Source: an uncultured Clostridia bacterium (lineage in GTDB: Bacteria; Bacillota; Clostridia; Christensenellales; UBA1242). From it: 64,000 bases of DNA. The translations under genes were made by a program, and so were the position numbers. The first letter of the stretch is position 1. The number at the start of each line of letters is the position of its first letter. The notes beneath the pieces were generated by a model. It worked only from the letters and a program-made list of their open reading frames with translations. It was not told where the DNA came from and did no database searches. Positions 1-10,312 of the stretch are shown here, piece by piece. The DNA lies in the NCBI GenBank assembly GCA_944384445.1, contig CALWTL010000001.1, forward strand, positions 27,622-91,621, given 5' to 3'.

Positions 1-162
1 TTTTTTTCATTTTCTCCCCTTAATTAATTTAACCTAAATGCAATAAAATATTTTAATTTAAATTAATATTTTATATTATAAAAAATATACGCAGAATTTG
101 TCAAATAATTTAGAATTAATCATAATTAAAAAAAGAATAAATATATTAAAAAAAGGATAAAT

Positions 163-441
163 ATGGAAAATAAAGAAAAAGAAATAAAAAAAGAACAACT
201 TATAGTTTTGAGTAATAAATCAAACTTATCTGTATCAGGGACAAATAAAATAATTAGTTTAAAACCAGAATTAATTCAATTAGATACGAATTATGGTGGT
301 TTAATGATAACTGGAGAAAATTTAGAATTAGTTAAATTGGATAATTCTACAACTCGTGCCGAAATAAATGGCAATATAAATTCAATAAAATTTGTTCAAG
401 GAAAAGAAAAGGAACCTTTTTTTAGGAAAATATTCAAATGA
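163..441 (+). CDS. yabP: Sporulation protein YabP
   Basis: 92-aa ORF. The segment LSVSGTNKIISLKPELIQLDTNYGGLMITGENLELVKLD looks like YabP. It is followed by overlapping yabQ-like and divIC-like genes, as in the Bacillus yabP-yabQ-divIC block. Confidence 0.8.
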   Translation: MENKEKEIKKEQLIVLSNKSNLSVSGTNKIISLKPELIQLDTNYGGLMITGENLELVKLDNSTTRAEINGNINSIKFVQGKEKEPFFRKIFK

Positions 442-809
442 TTTTTTCAACTTTTAATCAATTAAATTGTTTTTTAGTATTTTTATTTTTTGGACTAATT
501 TTGGGATTAATTTCAAAATTAATTTTTATTATATTTTCTAAAAATTTTCAAAAAATTATTGTAAAAAATATAATTTATACTATTTTTTATTCAATTTTTT
601 CAATTTTTTTTGTAATTTTAATTAATTTATATAATCTTGGTCAACACAGTTATGCTCTAATAATTGCATATTTACTAGGATATTTATGGTTTAATTATCT
701 AAGTAAAAATTTAGTTGTCTTTTTAGAAAACAAATGGTATAATATAATTATAAAAATTAAATCAAAAATTTTTAGGAAAAAGAAAAATGACTCAATCAAA
801 AAAAACTAA
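438..809 (+). CDS. yabQ: Spore cortex biosynthesis membrane protein YabQ-like
   Basis: 123-aa protein with several TM helices. ATGA start/stop overlap with yabP and conserved position after yabP. Confidence 0.6.
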   Translation: MIFSTFNQLNCFLVFLFFGLILGLISKLIFIIFSKNFQKIIVKNIIYTIFYSIFSIFFVILINLYNLGQHSYALIIAYLLGYLWFNYLSKNLVVFLENKWYNIIIKIKSKIFRKKKNDSIKKN

Positions 810-1053
810 ATTATTCTTAACTTTAGCAATAAGTATTATTGTTCTTCTTTTAATTATAAGTATTGTTCAAATTGTATCAATAAACAATAAGCAAAGAGAG
901 TTAACAGAACAACAATCAGAAATTGATAGACTATATAATGAACTAAATTATTATCAAAATCAAAATAATGCAAACAGCGATTCAAAAGACGAACAAGATG
1001 CTTATGATGATAAAAATGGAGATTATGAGATTAATGTAGGTGAAGAAAAATGA
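787..1053 (+). CDS. divIC: Septum formation initiator (DivIC/FtsB family)
   Basis: Single N-terminal TM helix followed by a coiled-coil (RELTEQQSEIDRLYNELNYYQ). Syntenic position after yabQ. Confidence 0.55.
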   Translation: MTQSKKTKLFLTLAISIIVLLLIISIVQIVSINNKQRELTEQQSEIDRLYNELNYYQNQNNANSDSKDEQDAYDDKNGDYEINVGEEK

Positions 1054-1598
1054 TTATTACAATTACAGGCAAACCATGTAGTGGTAAGGGAAGTATTAGC
1101 AAATACTTATGTAGCAAATATAACTTTGATTATGTATGTACAGGAGATATGTTTCGAAAATTGTCAAAACAACATGGATACGACAACATACTTCATTTTC
1201 AACAAAGCCATGATAAAATTAAAGACATTGATAAAATAATAGACAATAAAATTGAAGAAATTGGAAAAACTCGTATCAATGATAATGTTATAATAGATTC
1301 TAGACTTGCGTGGCATTTTATACCCGATTCATTTAAAGTCTTTATAGATATTGATTGGAATACAGCAGCAGATAGATTATTAAATTCTAATCGTGATACT
1401 GAAAAAGCTGAATCACGTGATCATGCAATCAAAATTTTAAAAGACCGTTGGAATACTGAGAATATAAGATATCAAGAATTATACAAAATTGATAATAACA
1501 ATTATAATAATTATGATTTTGTAATCAATAGTGATAAAAGCATTGAAGAATTATCTGAAATTATTTATAAAGAATATAAAAAATTTATTAAAAAATAA
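1050..1598 (+). CDS. Cytidylate kinase-like P-loop nucleotide kinase
   Basis: N-terminal P-loop ITGKPCSGKGS and kinase-sized 182-aa protein. ATGA overlap with the upstream gene. Confidence 0.6.
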   Translation: MIITITGKPCSGKGSISKYLCSKYNFDYVCTGDMFRKLSKQHGYDNILHFQQSHDKIKDIDKIIDNKIEEIGKTRINDNVIIDSRLAWHFIPDSFKVFIDIDWNTAADRLLNSNRDTEKAESRDHAIKILKDRWNTENIRYQELYKIDNNNYNNYDFVINSDKSIEELSEIIYKEYKKFIKK

Positions 1599-1715
1599 AT
1601 TTTTTTAATTTTTTTATAATTCATGATTTGTTTTAAATCAATTATTGGTTTTTATTTTATTTAAATATTATTATTTTTAAAATACATTTACAATTCAAAT
1701 TCATATAATGAAAAT

Positions 1716-2408
1716 ATGAAGAACTGGTTAAAACTATGCTTTATATTAATAATTTTTGCGCTTATAAGTATAATTACATATCTGATACTTCGAGCTTGTG
1801 GAATAGCAGATATTGATAGTCTTAGAAAACTAATATTGGACAGTAAACAATATGGCATACTTACATTTTTATTGATTGAAATATTGCTATTTGTATTATT
1901 TTGTTTCGTTCCTGTACTAAATACCGCGATAGTGGTATTAGGATGTATATTGTTCGGAGCTAAGATATCTTTCTTTATTTCATGGATAGCAACAATTTTT
2001 TCATCAATAATATTGTTTTTCCTTGGTGATAAATTTGGAGAAAAAATTGCAATAAAATTAATTGGGAAAAAGGAACTTGAAAATGCTCAAGATTTAATTG
2101 ATTCAAAAAGCAAATTATTGCTTCCTATTGTATTTACTTTCCCAATATTCCCAGATGATGCACTATGTATTGTTGCAGGTATGACAAAAATGAAATTTTC
2201 TTTCTTTTTAATTATTACTATTATATTTAGAGGAATCGACAATTTAATTGTATGTTTTTTTGGTGGTGGATTTATCCCTTGGTCAGAGTTATCAACACTT
2301 GATTGGATAATCTTGATAAATGTAATTATAGTTGATATATATTTATTGTTTAAATTTCAAAAATCTTTTGAAAATTATATAAAAAATAAGAAAAATCGTA
2401 ATAAATAA
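1716..2408 (+). CDS. TVP38/TMEM64 (DedA-related, VTT domain) membrane protein
   Basis: 230-aa polytopic membrane protein with the typical LFFLGDKFG ... PDDALCIVAGMTKM pattern. Confidence 0.6.
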   Translation: MKNWLKLCFILIIFALISIITYLILRACGIADIDSLRKLILDSKQYGILTFLLIEILLFVLFCFVPVLNTAIVVLGCILFGAKISFFISWIATIFSSIILFFLGDKFGEKIAIKLIGKKELENAQDLIDSKSKLLLPIVFTFPIFPDDALCIVAGMTKMKFSFFLIITIIFRGIDNLIVCFFGGGFIPWSELSTLDWIILINVIIVDIYLLFKFQKSFENYIKNKKNRNK

Positions 2409-2423
2409 TAAAGTTTTTATTTT

Positions 2424-3044
2424 TTATTTATCTAAATACGGATTATTAAAATTTTTTTTGTTTACCTGTCTAGCTCTAGCAATTGCCAATTCATCCACAT
2501 CAACATCTTTATTTATTGTACTGCCAGCTGCTATATAAGCATTATCACTGATAATAACAGGTGCTATAAGATTAGAATTTGAACCTACAAAAACATTATC
2601 ACCCAAATATGATTTTTGTTTTATTTTTCCATTATAATTACAAAACACAACACCGCAACCAATATTGCAATTTATCCCAATCTCCGCATCTCCTATATAT
2701 GTTAAGTGTGCCATTTTTGAACCTTTGCCTATAATAGAATTTTTGATTTCAACAAAATTGCCTATCCTACAGTTTTCACCAATTTTGCTATTATTTCTTA
2801 CGTGTGCAAATGGACCTATTGTACTAAAACTACCAATTATTGAATCTTTAATAAAACTTGATAATATAATAACATTTTTGCCTATAGAAGAATTTTCAAT
2901 AACTGAATTTGAGCCAATTTCTACATTATCTTCTATAATTGAATTTCCTAGTATACATACATTATATCCAAATTTTACATTTTCACCTATCTTACAATTT
3001 GGTGATATCAAAACGTTTTTATCTGAATAATCTTTATTTGACAT
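2424..3044 (-). CDS. Stand-alone left-handed beta-helix acetyltransferase resembling the C-terminal half of GlmU
   Basis: Hexapeptide repeats run throughout. The stretch [69 protein letters not shown] matches the GlmU acetyltransferase core pattern. No uridyltransferase domain is present. Confidence 0.7.
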   Translation of the reverse strand: MSNKDYSDKNVLISPNCKIGENVKFGYNVCILGNSIIEDNVEIGSNSVIENSSIGKNVIILSSFIKDSIIGSFSTIGPFAHVRNNSKIGENCRIGNFVEIKNSIIGKGSKMAHLTYIGDAEIGINCNIGCGVVFCNYNGKIKQKSYLGDNVFVGSNSNLIAPVIISDNAYIAAGSTINKDVDVDELAIARARQVNKKNFNNPYLDK

Positions 3045-3174
3045 ATTACTCCTATTAAAATATTGTATTTTCTCAATTTAATTTTTATGTCAAATATTGT
3101 TAAAAAGTCATTTTGTCTTAATAAAATTCTGTTAAGTTATTGCTAAAAAAATTATAATTTTATATAATAAATCT

Positions 3175-4065
3175 ATGGAGAAAAAAAAATTAACAATTAA
3201 AGATAGTTCTATAGCATTCTTATCAGCTTTTTTGCTTAGTCAATTAGCAATTGTCATTGTCACAATAATTGCCATATTTATATGTAAAATTGCTAATATT
3301 AATACTGAATATCAAACATTTTTTAATACTAGTTATGGTTATTTAATTCTTGCATCTGTTATGTATCTTGTGATACTACTTACATTTGTTTTCATTAATA
3401 AAAACAAAGATAACAAAATAATTTATAAACCTAACATAAAAAAATTATTATTATATGTTGTAATTGCTATACTATCATTCCTTTTGTTATACCCAATCAT
3501 TACCATTGTCGATTCATTATTAGTTGATTTAGGTATAAGCTTAAATACTATTCCTTATGAATTAAATACACCTAATTATTTTATTTCTTTAATATCTTTG
3601 GTAATACTCCCTGCAATTTGCGAAGAATTATTATTTAGAGGGTTAATCTTCAAAGGATTAAAACCTTATGGGAAAGTATTTTCAATAATAATGACTTCAT
3701 TAATATTTTCTTTATACCATATGTCGATTGACCAAACAATTTATCCATTTTTGATAGGTTTATTGTTATCAGTAATAATGTATAAAGAAAATAACATATT
3801 ATATTGTATTGCAATTCATTTTACAAACAATTTTTTATCACTAACTCTTTCCTACTTTAACATTAACCTTTCTTATAATCACTGGACATACATTTTAATA
3901 GCAATAATTTTATTTATTGCGTTTATAACAACAATGTTATATTTTACTATTAATGGTTATAAAAACGTTGAAAAAGAAAAAATTACAATAGAAGGTAAAT
4001 CATATTTTTCAATATGTTTAGTAATATTGATTATAATTTATTTATTGTCAATTATTCAAATTTAA
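3175..4065 (+). CDS. CPBP family intramembrane glutamic endopeptidase
   Basis: Polytopic protein with motifs EELLFRG, FSLYH and HFTNNF. Confidence 0.75.
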   Translation: MEKKKLTIKDSSIAFLSAFLLSQLAIVIVTIIAIFICKIANINTEYQTFFNTSYGYLILASVMYLVILLTFVFINKNKDNKIIYKPNIKKLLLYVVIAILSFLLLYPIITIVDSLLVDLGISLNTIPYELNTPNYFISLISLVILPAICEELLFRGLIFKGLKPYGKVFSIIMTSLIFSLYHMSIDQTIYPFLIGLLLSVIMYKENNILYCIAIHFTNNFLSLTLSYFNINLSYNHWTYILIAIILFIAFITTMLYFTINGYKNVEKEKITIEGKSYFSICLVILIIIYLLSIIQI

Positions 4066-4116
4066 CTAATAAAATAAATTTTATTCATATACAAATAAAG
4101 GATTTGAAAATTTTAC

Positions 4117-5169
4117 ATGAAAAATAAAACTTTTTTTAAAATTAATATTATTTACTTTGTAGCAATGATTTTAATTGCTATAGTTTTTATTTTAGGATAT
4201 CTAGGATTACTTCAAAATGAATATATTTCATCTTTTTTAATTCAAATTATGGTTATGTTTGCAATACCTTTGCTAATGTACACTATATTTGTTAGCAAAA
4301 ACTTTAAGCAAACATTTAAAGATACAGGTTTTAAAAAAATTAGTGCAAGAATGATTGGGATTGCTTTCATATTGGGTATTGTTTTATATTTTATTAACAA
4401 CTTTGTAGCTCAATTCTTTTCTAGCATTATTTCATTGCTCGGTTATGAAAACATATCTCAAACAACAACTGTCACTTTTAGTTATGAACTCCTATTTAGA
4501 GAGTTTTTATTATCATGCATATTACCTGGATTTTGCGAAGAATTTTTACATAGAGGAATAATATTAAATGCTGGTAAAAAATGTGGAAACACAAGGTACG
4601 TATTAATAATATCTTCAATTCTATTTGGACTTATGCATCTTAATATTAATCAATTCTTTTATGCAACAATTTTAGGATTTTTAATGGGATATGTATCCAT
4701 CGTCTCTAATAGCATATTCCCTAGTATGATTATTCATTTTATGAATAATTTCTTAAATACTTATATTTATTATGGATATTATTTAAACTGGCCATTTGCT
4801 ACGTTTATAAATGATTTGCAAGCATTAATTATGTCTAATATTATTATTTTTATAGTTGTTAATACTATCTTATTTTGTTTACTTGTTATGTTATACATAT
4901 ATCTAACGCGAGTTTTAGCAAAAGAACGCGTCAGATATGATGTAAAAAAAATAATATCATGTTTGCAAATTAATAATCTTTCCATAGAAGAAGCTCAATC
5001 AAAAATTAATCAAGCGAACGAAATATTACAAAAAAGTGCATCTCTCAAATTTAAGAACACAATTTCTGGAGGAACTAAATTCTCTTTTTTGTCACAAGTG
5101 TTTTTAATTTCAAGCATTATTTTAGGTAGTTTAATTACAATTTCTACATTTATATGGGGTATAATCTAA
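4117..5169 (+). CDS. CPBP family intramembrane glutamic endopeptidase
   Basis: Polytopic protein with motifs CEEFLHRG, FGLMH and HFMNNF. Tandem paralog of the previous gene. Confidence 0.75.
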   Translation: MKNKTFFKINIIYFVAMILIAIVFILGYLGLLQNEYISSFLIQIMVMFAIPLLMYTIFVSKNFKQTFKDTGFKKISARMIGIAFILGIVLYFINNFVAQFFSSIISLLGYENISQTTTVTFSYELLFREFLLSCILPGFCEEFLHRGIILNAGKKCGNTRYVLIISSILFGLMHLNINQFFYATILGFLMGYVSIVSNSIFPSMIIHFMNNFLNTYIYYGYYLNWPFATFINDLQALIMSNIIIFIVVNTILFCLLVMLYIYLTRVLAKERVRYDVKKIISCLQINNLSIEEAQSKINQANEILQKSASLKFKNTISGGTKFSFLSQVFLISSIILGSLITISTFIWGII

Positions 5170-5639
5170 TGATAAAAATAAATATTATTGCTATTGGTGA
5201 CATTAAAGAGTCATATTTAAAAGAAGGAATTAATGAATACCTTAAGCGAATTAAAAGATACGCAGATATTAATATATACGAATTAAAAGAGCATAATCCT
5301 TCATCAAACAATGCTAATGACATATTAATCGCTTTAGAAAAAGATGCTGATGAGATAAAAAAGAAAATAAAAGGATTTCCAATTTGTTTAGACATATCAG
5401 GCAAAAGTATGGATAGTATTGAATTTTCAAATTATTTAAACAAATTATCACTTTCAACTAGTGAAATAAGCATAATAATTGGAGCATCTAACGGCTTGTC
5501 TGATAGCATAAAATCTAATTGTAAGGATAAAATTTCTTTTTCTAAAATGACATTCCCTCATCAATTAATGAGGTTAATATTGTTAGAACAACTATATAGG
5601 TCTTTCACAATTATTCATAATATTGCATATCACAAATAG
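5169..5639 (+). CDS. rlmH: 23S rRNA (pseudouridine1915-N3)-methyltransferase RlmH
   Basis: N-terminus MIKINIIAIGDIKESYLKEGINEYLKRI and C-terminus SFSKMTFPHQLMRLILLEQLYRS are typical of SPOUT RlmH. The ATG at 5169 (TAATG overlap) is preferred over the track start at 5154. Confidence 0.8.
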   Translation: MIKINIIAIGDIKESYLKEGINEYLKRIKRYADINIYELKEHNPSSNNANDILIALEKDADEIKKKIKGFPICLDISGKSMDSIEFSNYLNKLSLSTSEISIIIGASNGLSDSIKSNCKDKISFSKMTFPHQLMRLILLEQLYRSFTIIHNIAYHK

Positions 5640-5647
5640 AGGTGATT

Positions 5648-6649
5648 ATGACATATCAAGAATTAGAAAATCAAATAATTCAACTTCAAGAAGAAGGTTT
5701 AGAACTTTTTAATGCTGGAAAATCCGTACTTGGAAAAAACATCTTAGCAACGCATGTAGGAGAATATTCTGGACCACAAGTTCTAATACAAGGTGGAATT
5801 CACGCACGCGAATATATAACTGCATTATTATTAGTAGAAATGGCAAGAAATTTGCACAACAATGACAGTGTAAAAGGTGGCGGTATTTATTTTATCTTTT
5901 TAACGAATCCAGACGGTGCACAAATTTGTTTAGACGGAATAGATTTTTTAAATTGCGATATCACAAAAAATTATTTACTCAGTGCAAATAATGGAAACAC
6001 TGATTTTTCTCAATACAAAGCAAACGTAAACTTAGTAGACTTAAACACAAATTTTGATGCCGATTGGGGAAAAGGAAGGCAAAATGTATTTTGTCCTGCA
6101 ACTGAAGATTTTGTAGGATTCTATCCCAATAGTGAACGTGAAGTACTTTCATTAATTAATTTTACATTGCAGACAAAACCTAGTCTCACTATTTCTTATC
6201 ATACCAAAGGAAATATTATCTATTATGGTTTTGATAATGAAAATGAAAAAAATATTGCTCGAGACCAAAATATTGGAGAAAGCTTTAGTGAATTAACAGG
6301 ATATCCACTAGTTTTTACTGAAAATTCAACTGGAGGATATAAAGATTGGTGTATTGAAAAATTAACAATACCTGCTTATACTTTTGAAGTCGGCGACGAA
6401 AATTTACCTCATCCAATAGGAATTGAAAGTTTACCAGAAATTTATAATAGAAATAAAGATGTTCCACTCCTAGCATTACAAAAAGCAATTGAATTTTCAA
6501 AAGATATTGACTTTACTAACCCATTTATGCAAAATATAAATATAGGAGTAAAGAAAAATGAATCCAATGAAGAAAGTTATTGCGCTCGCATATTTAGCAA
6601 ACTCTCAAGGAGAAGTACCGATAGGTGCAGTAATAATAAAAGATGGTAA
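5648..6649 (+). CDS. M14 family zinc carboxypeptidase (gamma-D-glutamyl-meso-diaminopimelate peptidase-like)
   Basis: HAREYIT (HxxE zinc motif), NPDG, and a second His context SYHTKG. The ATG at 5648 follows TAGAGG. Confidence 0.7.
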   Translation: MTYQELENQIIQLQEEGLELFNAGKSVLGKNILATHVGEYSGPQVLIQGGIHAREYITALLLVEMARNLHNNDSVKGGGIYFIFLTNPDGAQICLDGIDFLNCDITKNYLLSANNGNTDFSQYKANVNLVDLNTNFDADWGKGRQNVFCPATEDFVGFYPNSEREVLSLINFTLQTKPSLTISYHTKGNIIYYGFDNENEKNIARDQNIGESFSELTGYPLVFTENSTGGYKDWCIEKLTIPAYTFEVGDENLPHPIGIESLPEIYNRNKDVPLLALQKAIEFSKDIDFTNPFMQNINIGVKKNESNEESYCARIFSKLSRRSTDRCSNNKRW

Positions 6650-7001
6650 AATTATAGCATCTGCACATAATACAAGAGAAAAAGACCAAATAGCTACACA
6701 TCATGCAGAAATCGTAGCAATAGAAAAAGCCTGTAAAAAACTAAAATCTTGGCGATTAGATAAATGTGATATATATGTCAATCTTGAACCATGTCCTATG
6801 TGCGCAGGTGCAATTTTAAATGCAAGAATATCCCATCTATATTATGCTGTTAAAGACAATAACTCTGGTGCAATATCTAAATTCAATATGCTCAATAATA
6901 CATTAAATCATACAACTCTAGCGACTCAATTACCAGAATATGAGCAAGAAAATAAAAAACTTATTCAAGATTTTTTTAAATCAAAAAGAAAATGCCAGTA
7001 A
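6558..7001 (+). CDS. tadA: tRNA adenosine(34) deaminase
   Basis: HAEIVAIEKA and PCPMCAGA deaminase zinc motifs. AGGAG lies 9 nt upstream of the ATG. Confidence 0.85.
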   Translation: MNPMKKVIALAYLANSQGEVPIGAVIIKDGKIIASAHNTREKDQIATHHAEIVAIEKACKKLKSWRLDKCDIYVNLEPCPMCAGAILNARISHLYYAVKDNNSGAISKFNMLNNTLNHTTLATQLPEYEQENKKLIQDFFKSKRKCQ

Positions 7002-7122
7002 ATCATAAAAAATGTAAAAAATTTTAATGAAAATACAATAAATATTATAAAAAATCAAATTTATATTTATAAAATGTTAATATCTATTAAATTAAATAAA
7101 AAATCACGCAATACGTGATTTT

Positions 7123-7395
7123 TTATTTTACAATTCTTTTTAAATTATCGCTAGCTTTAAATGATGGTGTTTTTCTAGCTTGCACGATTTGTGTTCGACC
7201 AGTTTTAAAACTATACATCGGTTTTGACTTCATTTCATTCACTTTGAATTTACCAAAATTTGAAAGTGTCACACTATCACCCTGACATAAAGCATCTTTG
7301 ATTACTTCCAAAATAGTATCCAAACATAATTTGCAATCTTTTTTAGTCAAACCTGATTTTGAATATACCGCATTAACAAATTCATTTTTATTCAT
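7123..7395 (-). CDS. hup: HU family DNA-binding protein
   Basis: MNKNEFVNAVYSKSGLTKKDCKLCLDTILEVIKDAL...NFGKFKV matches the HU pattern. RBS GGAGGG lies 4 nt before the ATG at 7395. Confidence 0.85.
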   Translation of the reverse strand: MNKNEFVNAVYSKSGLTKKDCKLCLDTILEVIKDALCQGDSVTLSNFGKFKVNEMKSKPMYSFKTGRTQIVQARKTPSFKASDNLKRIVK

Positions 7396-7440
7396 AATTC
7401 CCTCCAAAATGATATTTACCAATGCAATTATTTTTAAACA

Positions 7441-8949
7441 TTATTTTATCTTATATTTTACCATTGCTAAATCTTTTTTCGTAAAAATTTTTGTATAATA
7501 TAAACTTACAATATAAATAAAACCAGCTACAAATATAGCTAAGATAGTATTTTGCCAACTATTATTGAAACTTAAAACACAAATTAAAGCCAATAACATA
7601 TAACAATTTGATAAAATCAATTTACCTGTAAACATATAATTTATTTTTAATTTAAAATGTTCCCTTATTTCAAAATAATTTAGAACCATAACAGCAACAT
7701 AACATACAAGATTAGATATAGAAAGCACATATATATTCAATAATTTACTTGGCATAAACAATAATTCTAAAACAAACTTAATAAAAACGGCTATTGCCAA
7801 ATTTCTAATACTTGCCATTCGCTCATCAACAGCTTGAAGACAACTTGAATAAACTTGACTTAATGCTAAAAAGATTATCCCAAATCCTGAAATTGTTAAT
7901 AATCTGTAAGCAACATTCAACCCTTCAACACCCATACCATTTAACCTATTCCCATATAGTAAAGTAATTAATCTATCTGGAATAAGTGCAAAACATAAAA
8001 CACATGGAATAGTAATAATCAGTATAGTTTTAATCGCAAAAGATAATATATTATTTTTATTTTCACTTTCATTACTAGAAGTAATATTCGGTAAAATTAC
8101 ACTAGCAATAGCAAAAGAAAAAATTGAAGGTAAACTAACTAAACTAGAAACTGCTCCACTTTCTAAACCATACAAAAATATCGACATTGATTGAGAAAAA
8201 TTAACATTTAACAAATTTACGACAAGAATACTATCAATAAATGTAGCAATAGGCATTATTATATTTGTTAATGTAATTGGCAAAATATCTTTTAATAAAC
8301 TTTTCAAACTTAAATTTGTTTCTAAATTTTCATTTGATTTGTATTTATTATAATATATAATTAATATTATTAAAGAAATTAATTCACTAAAAACTATACT
8401 AATCATTGCTCCAATTATTGAAGCTAAAAGACTTATTCCTATCAAAGATAAACTCAAAATTAATCCTACAGATAATTTCACAAATTGCTCGATAATATTG
8501 GAAACTGCACTAGGCGTAAAATTACCAATACCTTGAAAATATCCACGCAATACGCTACACGCACTGACAAGAATTATGCTAGGTGCTAAAATTATATAGC
8601 AAATACTTATTGAAGCTTCACCTTGAAATTTTGCTAAACTTTTACTAGTTGTTAATAAAATAAATGATAATATTAACGATATTAGTATTACAAACAGCAA
8701 GCATCTTTTTACGACACTTTTTCCATTGGATTTTGATTTTGCTATAACTTTAGAAATTGCCATTGGAAGACCAGCTGTTGCCAAAACCACACATAATGAA
8801 TACAATGGGAAAACTAATTGATACAGCCCTATTCCTTCCCCACCTAAAATCCTTGTTATTCCAATCCTATAAATAGCACTAAAAATTTTAGCAAAAATTG
8901 CACCAACTGATAATATCAAAGTCCCTTTCATAAAATTATTTTTTTTCAT
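7441..8949 (-). CDS. MOP-superfamily flippase (SpoVB/YabM/MurJ-like polysaccharide biosynthesis protein)
   Basis: 502-aa protein with about 14 TM helices. The N-terminus GTLILSVGAIFAKIFSAIYRIGITRILGGEGIGLYQLVFPLY is typical of the SpoVB/YabM family. Confidence 0.65.
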   Translation of the reverse strand: MKKNNFMKGTLILSVGAIFAKIFSAIYRIGITRILGGEGIGLYQLVFPLYSLCVVLATAGLPMAISKVIAKSKSNGKSVVKRCLLFVILISLILSFILLTTSKSLAKFQGEASISICYIILAPSIILVSACSVLRGYFQGIGNFTPSAVSNIIEQFVKLSVGLILSLSLIGISLLASIIGAMISIVFSELISLIILIIYYNKYKSNENLETNLSLKSLLKDILPITLTNIIMPIATFIDSILVVNLLNVNFSQSMSIFLYGLESGAVSSLVSLPSIFSFAIASVILPNITSSNESENKNNILSFAIKTILIITIPCVLCFALIPDRLITLLYGNRLNGMGVEGLNVAYRLLTISGFGIIFLALSQVYSSCLQAVDERMASIRNLAIAVFIKFVLELLFMPSKLLNIYVLSISNLVCYVAVMVLNYFEIREHFKLKINYMFTGKLILSNCYMLLALICVLSFNNSWQNTILAIFVAGFIYIVSLYYTKIFTKKDLAMVKYKIK

Positions 8950-9116
8950 AATCTTATATTTTGTAAAATTGTAAAAATTATTAAAAGTATTAATATAAAT
9001 TAGAAAAATAATAAAATATTTATTTTTTATGAAATTAAATTACATTTTTTATACAATTATTAATAATAATATAAATTTTAATTGAAAAAGTTATAAATAT
9101 TATTTATAATTCTTAT

Positions 9117-10028
9117 ATGAATACAATATTTAACAAATTTATAATTGCATTAGCACCAATGGCCGGTGTGACAGATTTTGCATTTAGAAAAATATGCTCT
9201 GATTTTGGAGCCGACATGGTAGTGACAGAAATGATAAGTGTAAAAGCTTTAGAAAACAATTCAAGAATTTCAAAAAAAATGCTACGTGAAGAATCTAATT
9301 GTATTCGCTCAGTACAATTATTTGGACATGATAAAAATAGTTTGATAAATGTTCTAAAATCTGATTTATTAAAAAATTTTGAAATAATTGATTATAACTG
9401 TGGTTGTCCTGCACCAAAAATTGTAAAAAACAATGATGGATGTGCAATGATGCGAGATATTTCGAATAGCAAAGACATAATTTTAACTCTTGTTAAAAAT
9501 AGTAAAAAACCAGTATCTGTAAAATTCCGATTAGGAATAGATGGCATAGAAAATTATATAGAGTTTGCTAAAATGTGTGAAAATGTTGGAGTGTCTTTTA
9601 TTACTTTACATGCGCGTACACGTGAACAAGGTTATTCTGGTATAGTAGATAAAAATGCCTACATAAATCTAATAAAAAATGTAAATATACCTGTATTTTG
9701 GAGTGGAGATATTAAAACAATTGAAGATGTTGAATATGCAAAATCAATTGGATGCGCAGGAGTAATGATTGGAAGAAGTGCAATAGGTAATCCTGAAATA
9801 TTTTCTGCATTAAAAAAAATTAATCCACCCTATTCAAAAAAAGAAACTGTTATAAAGCATTTGGAATTATTAAAAACTTATTATAAAACAGAACGAACTT
9901 TAGTTTCTTATTTTAAAAAACATTTAATGTGGTATGTAAAAAACACTAATAATGCAACATTGCTAAAACAAAAAATTCTTCAGTTCACTACACTAAGTGA
10001 AATAGAATCTTTAATAGAAAAAATGTAA
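9117..10028 (+). CDS. dusB: tRNA dihydrouridine synthase
   Basis: APMAGVTDFAFR, NCGCPAPKIV and the TIM-barrel Dus pattern. Confidence 0.85.
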   Translation: MNTIFNKFIIALAPMAGVTDFAFRKICSDFGADMVVTEMISVKALENNSRISKKMLREESNCIRSVQLFGHDKNSLINVLKSDLLKNFEIIDYNCGCPAPKIVKNNDGCAMMRDISNSKDIILTLVKNSKKPVSVKFRLGIDGIENYIEFAKMCENVGVSFITLHARTREQGYSGIVDKNAYINLIKNVNIPVFWSGDIKTIEDVEYAKSIGCAGVMIGRSAIGNPEIFSALKKINPPYSKKETVIKHLELLKTYYKTERTLVSYFKKHLMWYVKNTNNATLLKQKILQFTTLSEIESLIEKM

Positions 10029-10056
10029 ATAAATTTTTACACAATTATTAAAATAA

Positions 10057-10132
10057 TGGTGACCCCGCCGGGACTCGAACCCAGAACAAAGCCTTAGGAG
10101 GGCTCCGTAATATCCAATTTTACTACGAGATC
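10057..10132 (-). tRNA. tRNA-Arg (anticodon CCU)
   Basis: The reverse complement folds as a cloverleaf. Acceptor stem is GATCTCG/CGGGGTC. Anticodon stem is GAGCC/GGCTT with loop CTCCTAA. T arm is CTGGG-TTCGAGT-CCCGG. CCA is encoded. Confidence 0.85.
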
Positions 10133-10272
10133 ATCTATTGTTTTATATAAGTTGTAAAATTATATCACAGTTCTCTTTTTAAATCAAGTATAAAAAACTA
10201 AACAATTAAATTAAAAAATTTGACTTTTATATTTATAAAATTGTAAATAACAATAAATTGTATAAAATATAT

Positions 10273-10303
10273 AAAAAACACTAAATCATATTAAAATTTA
10301 GTG
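10273..10303 (-). terminator. Rho-independent terminator downstream of ileS
   Basis: CACTAAAT/ATTTAGTG 8-bp stem flanked by A and T runs (bidirectional), about 10 nt after the ileS stop. Confidence 0.6.
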
Positions 10304-10312
10304 TTTTTTATT

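Noticed and set aside
1-20. Start of a minus-strand gene at the left edge (reverse complement AGGGGAGAAAATGAAAAAAA).
   Set aside because: A plausible RBS plus ATG at position 10, but only 10 nt of coding sequence lie inside the window, so nothing can be called.
2665-3030. 121-aa plus-strand ORF antisense to the hexapeptide acetyltransferase.
   Set aside because: Hexapeptide-repeat periodicity keeps the antisense frame open. The minus-strand product has the clear GlmU-type motif series.
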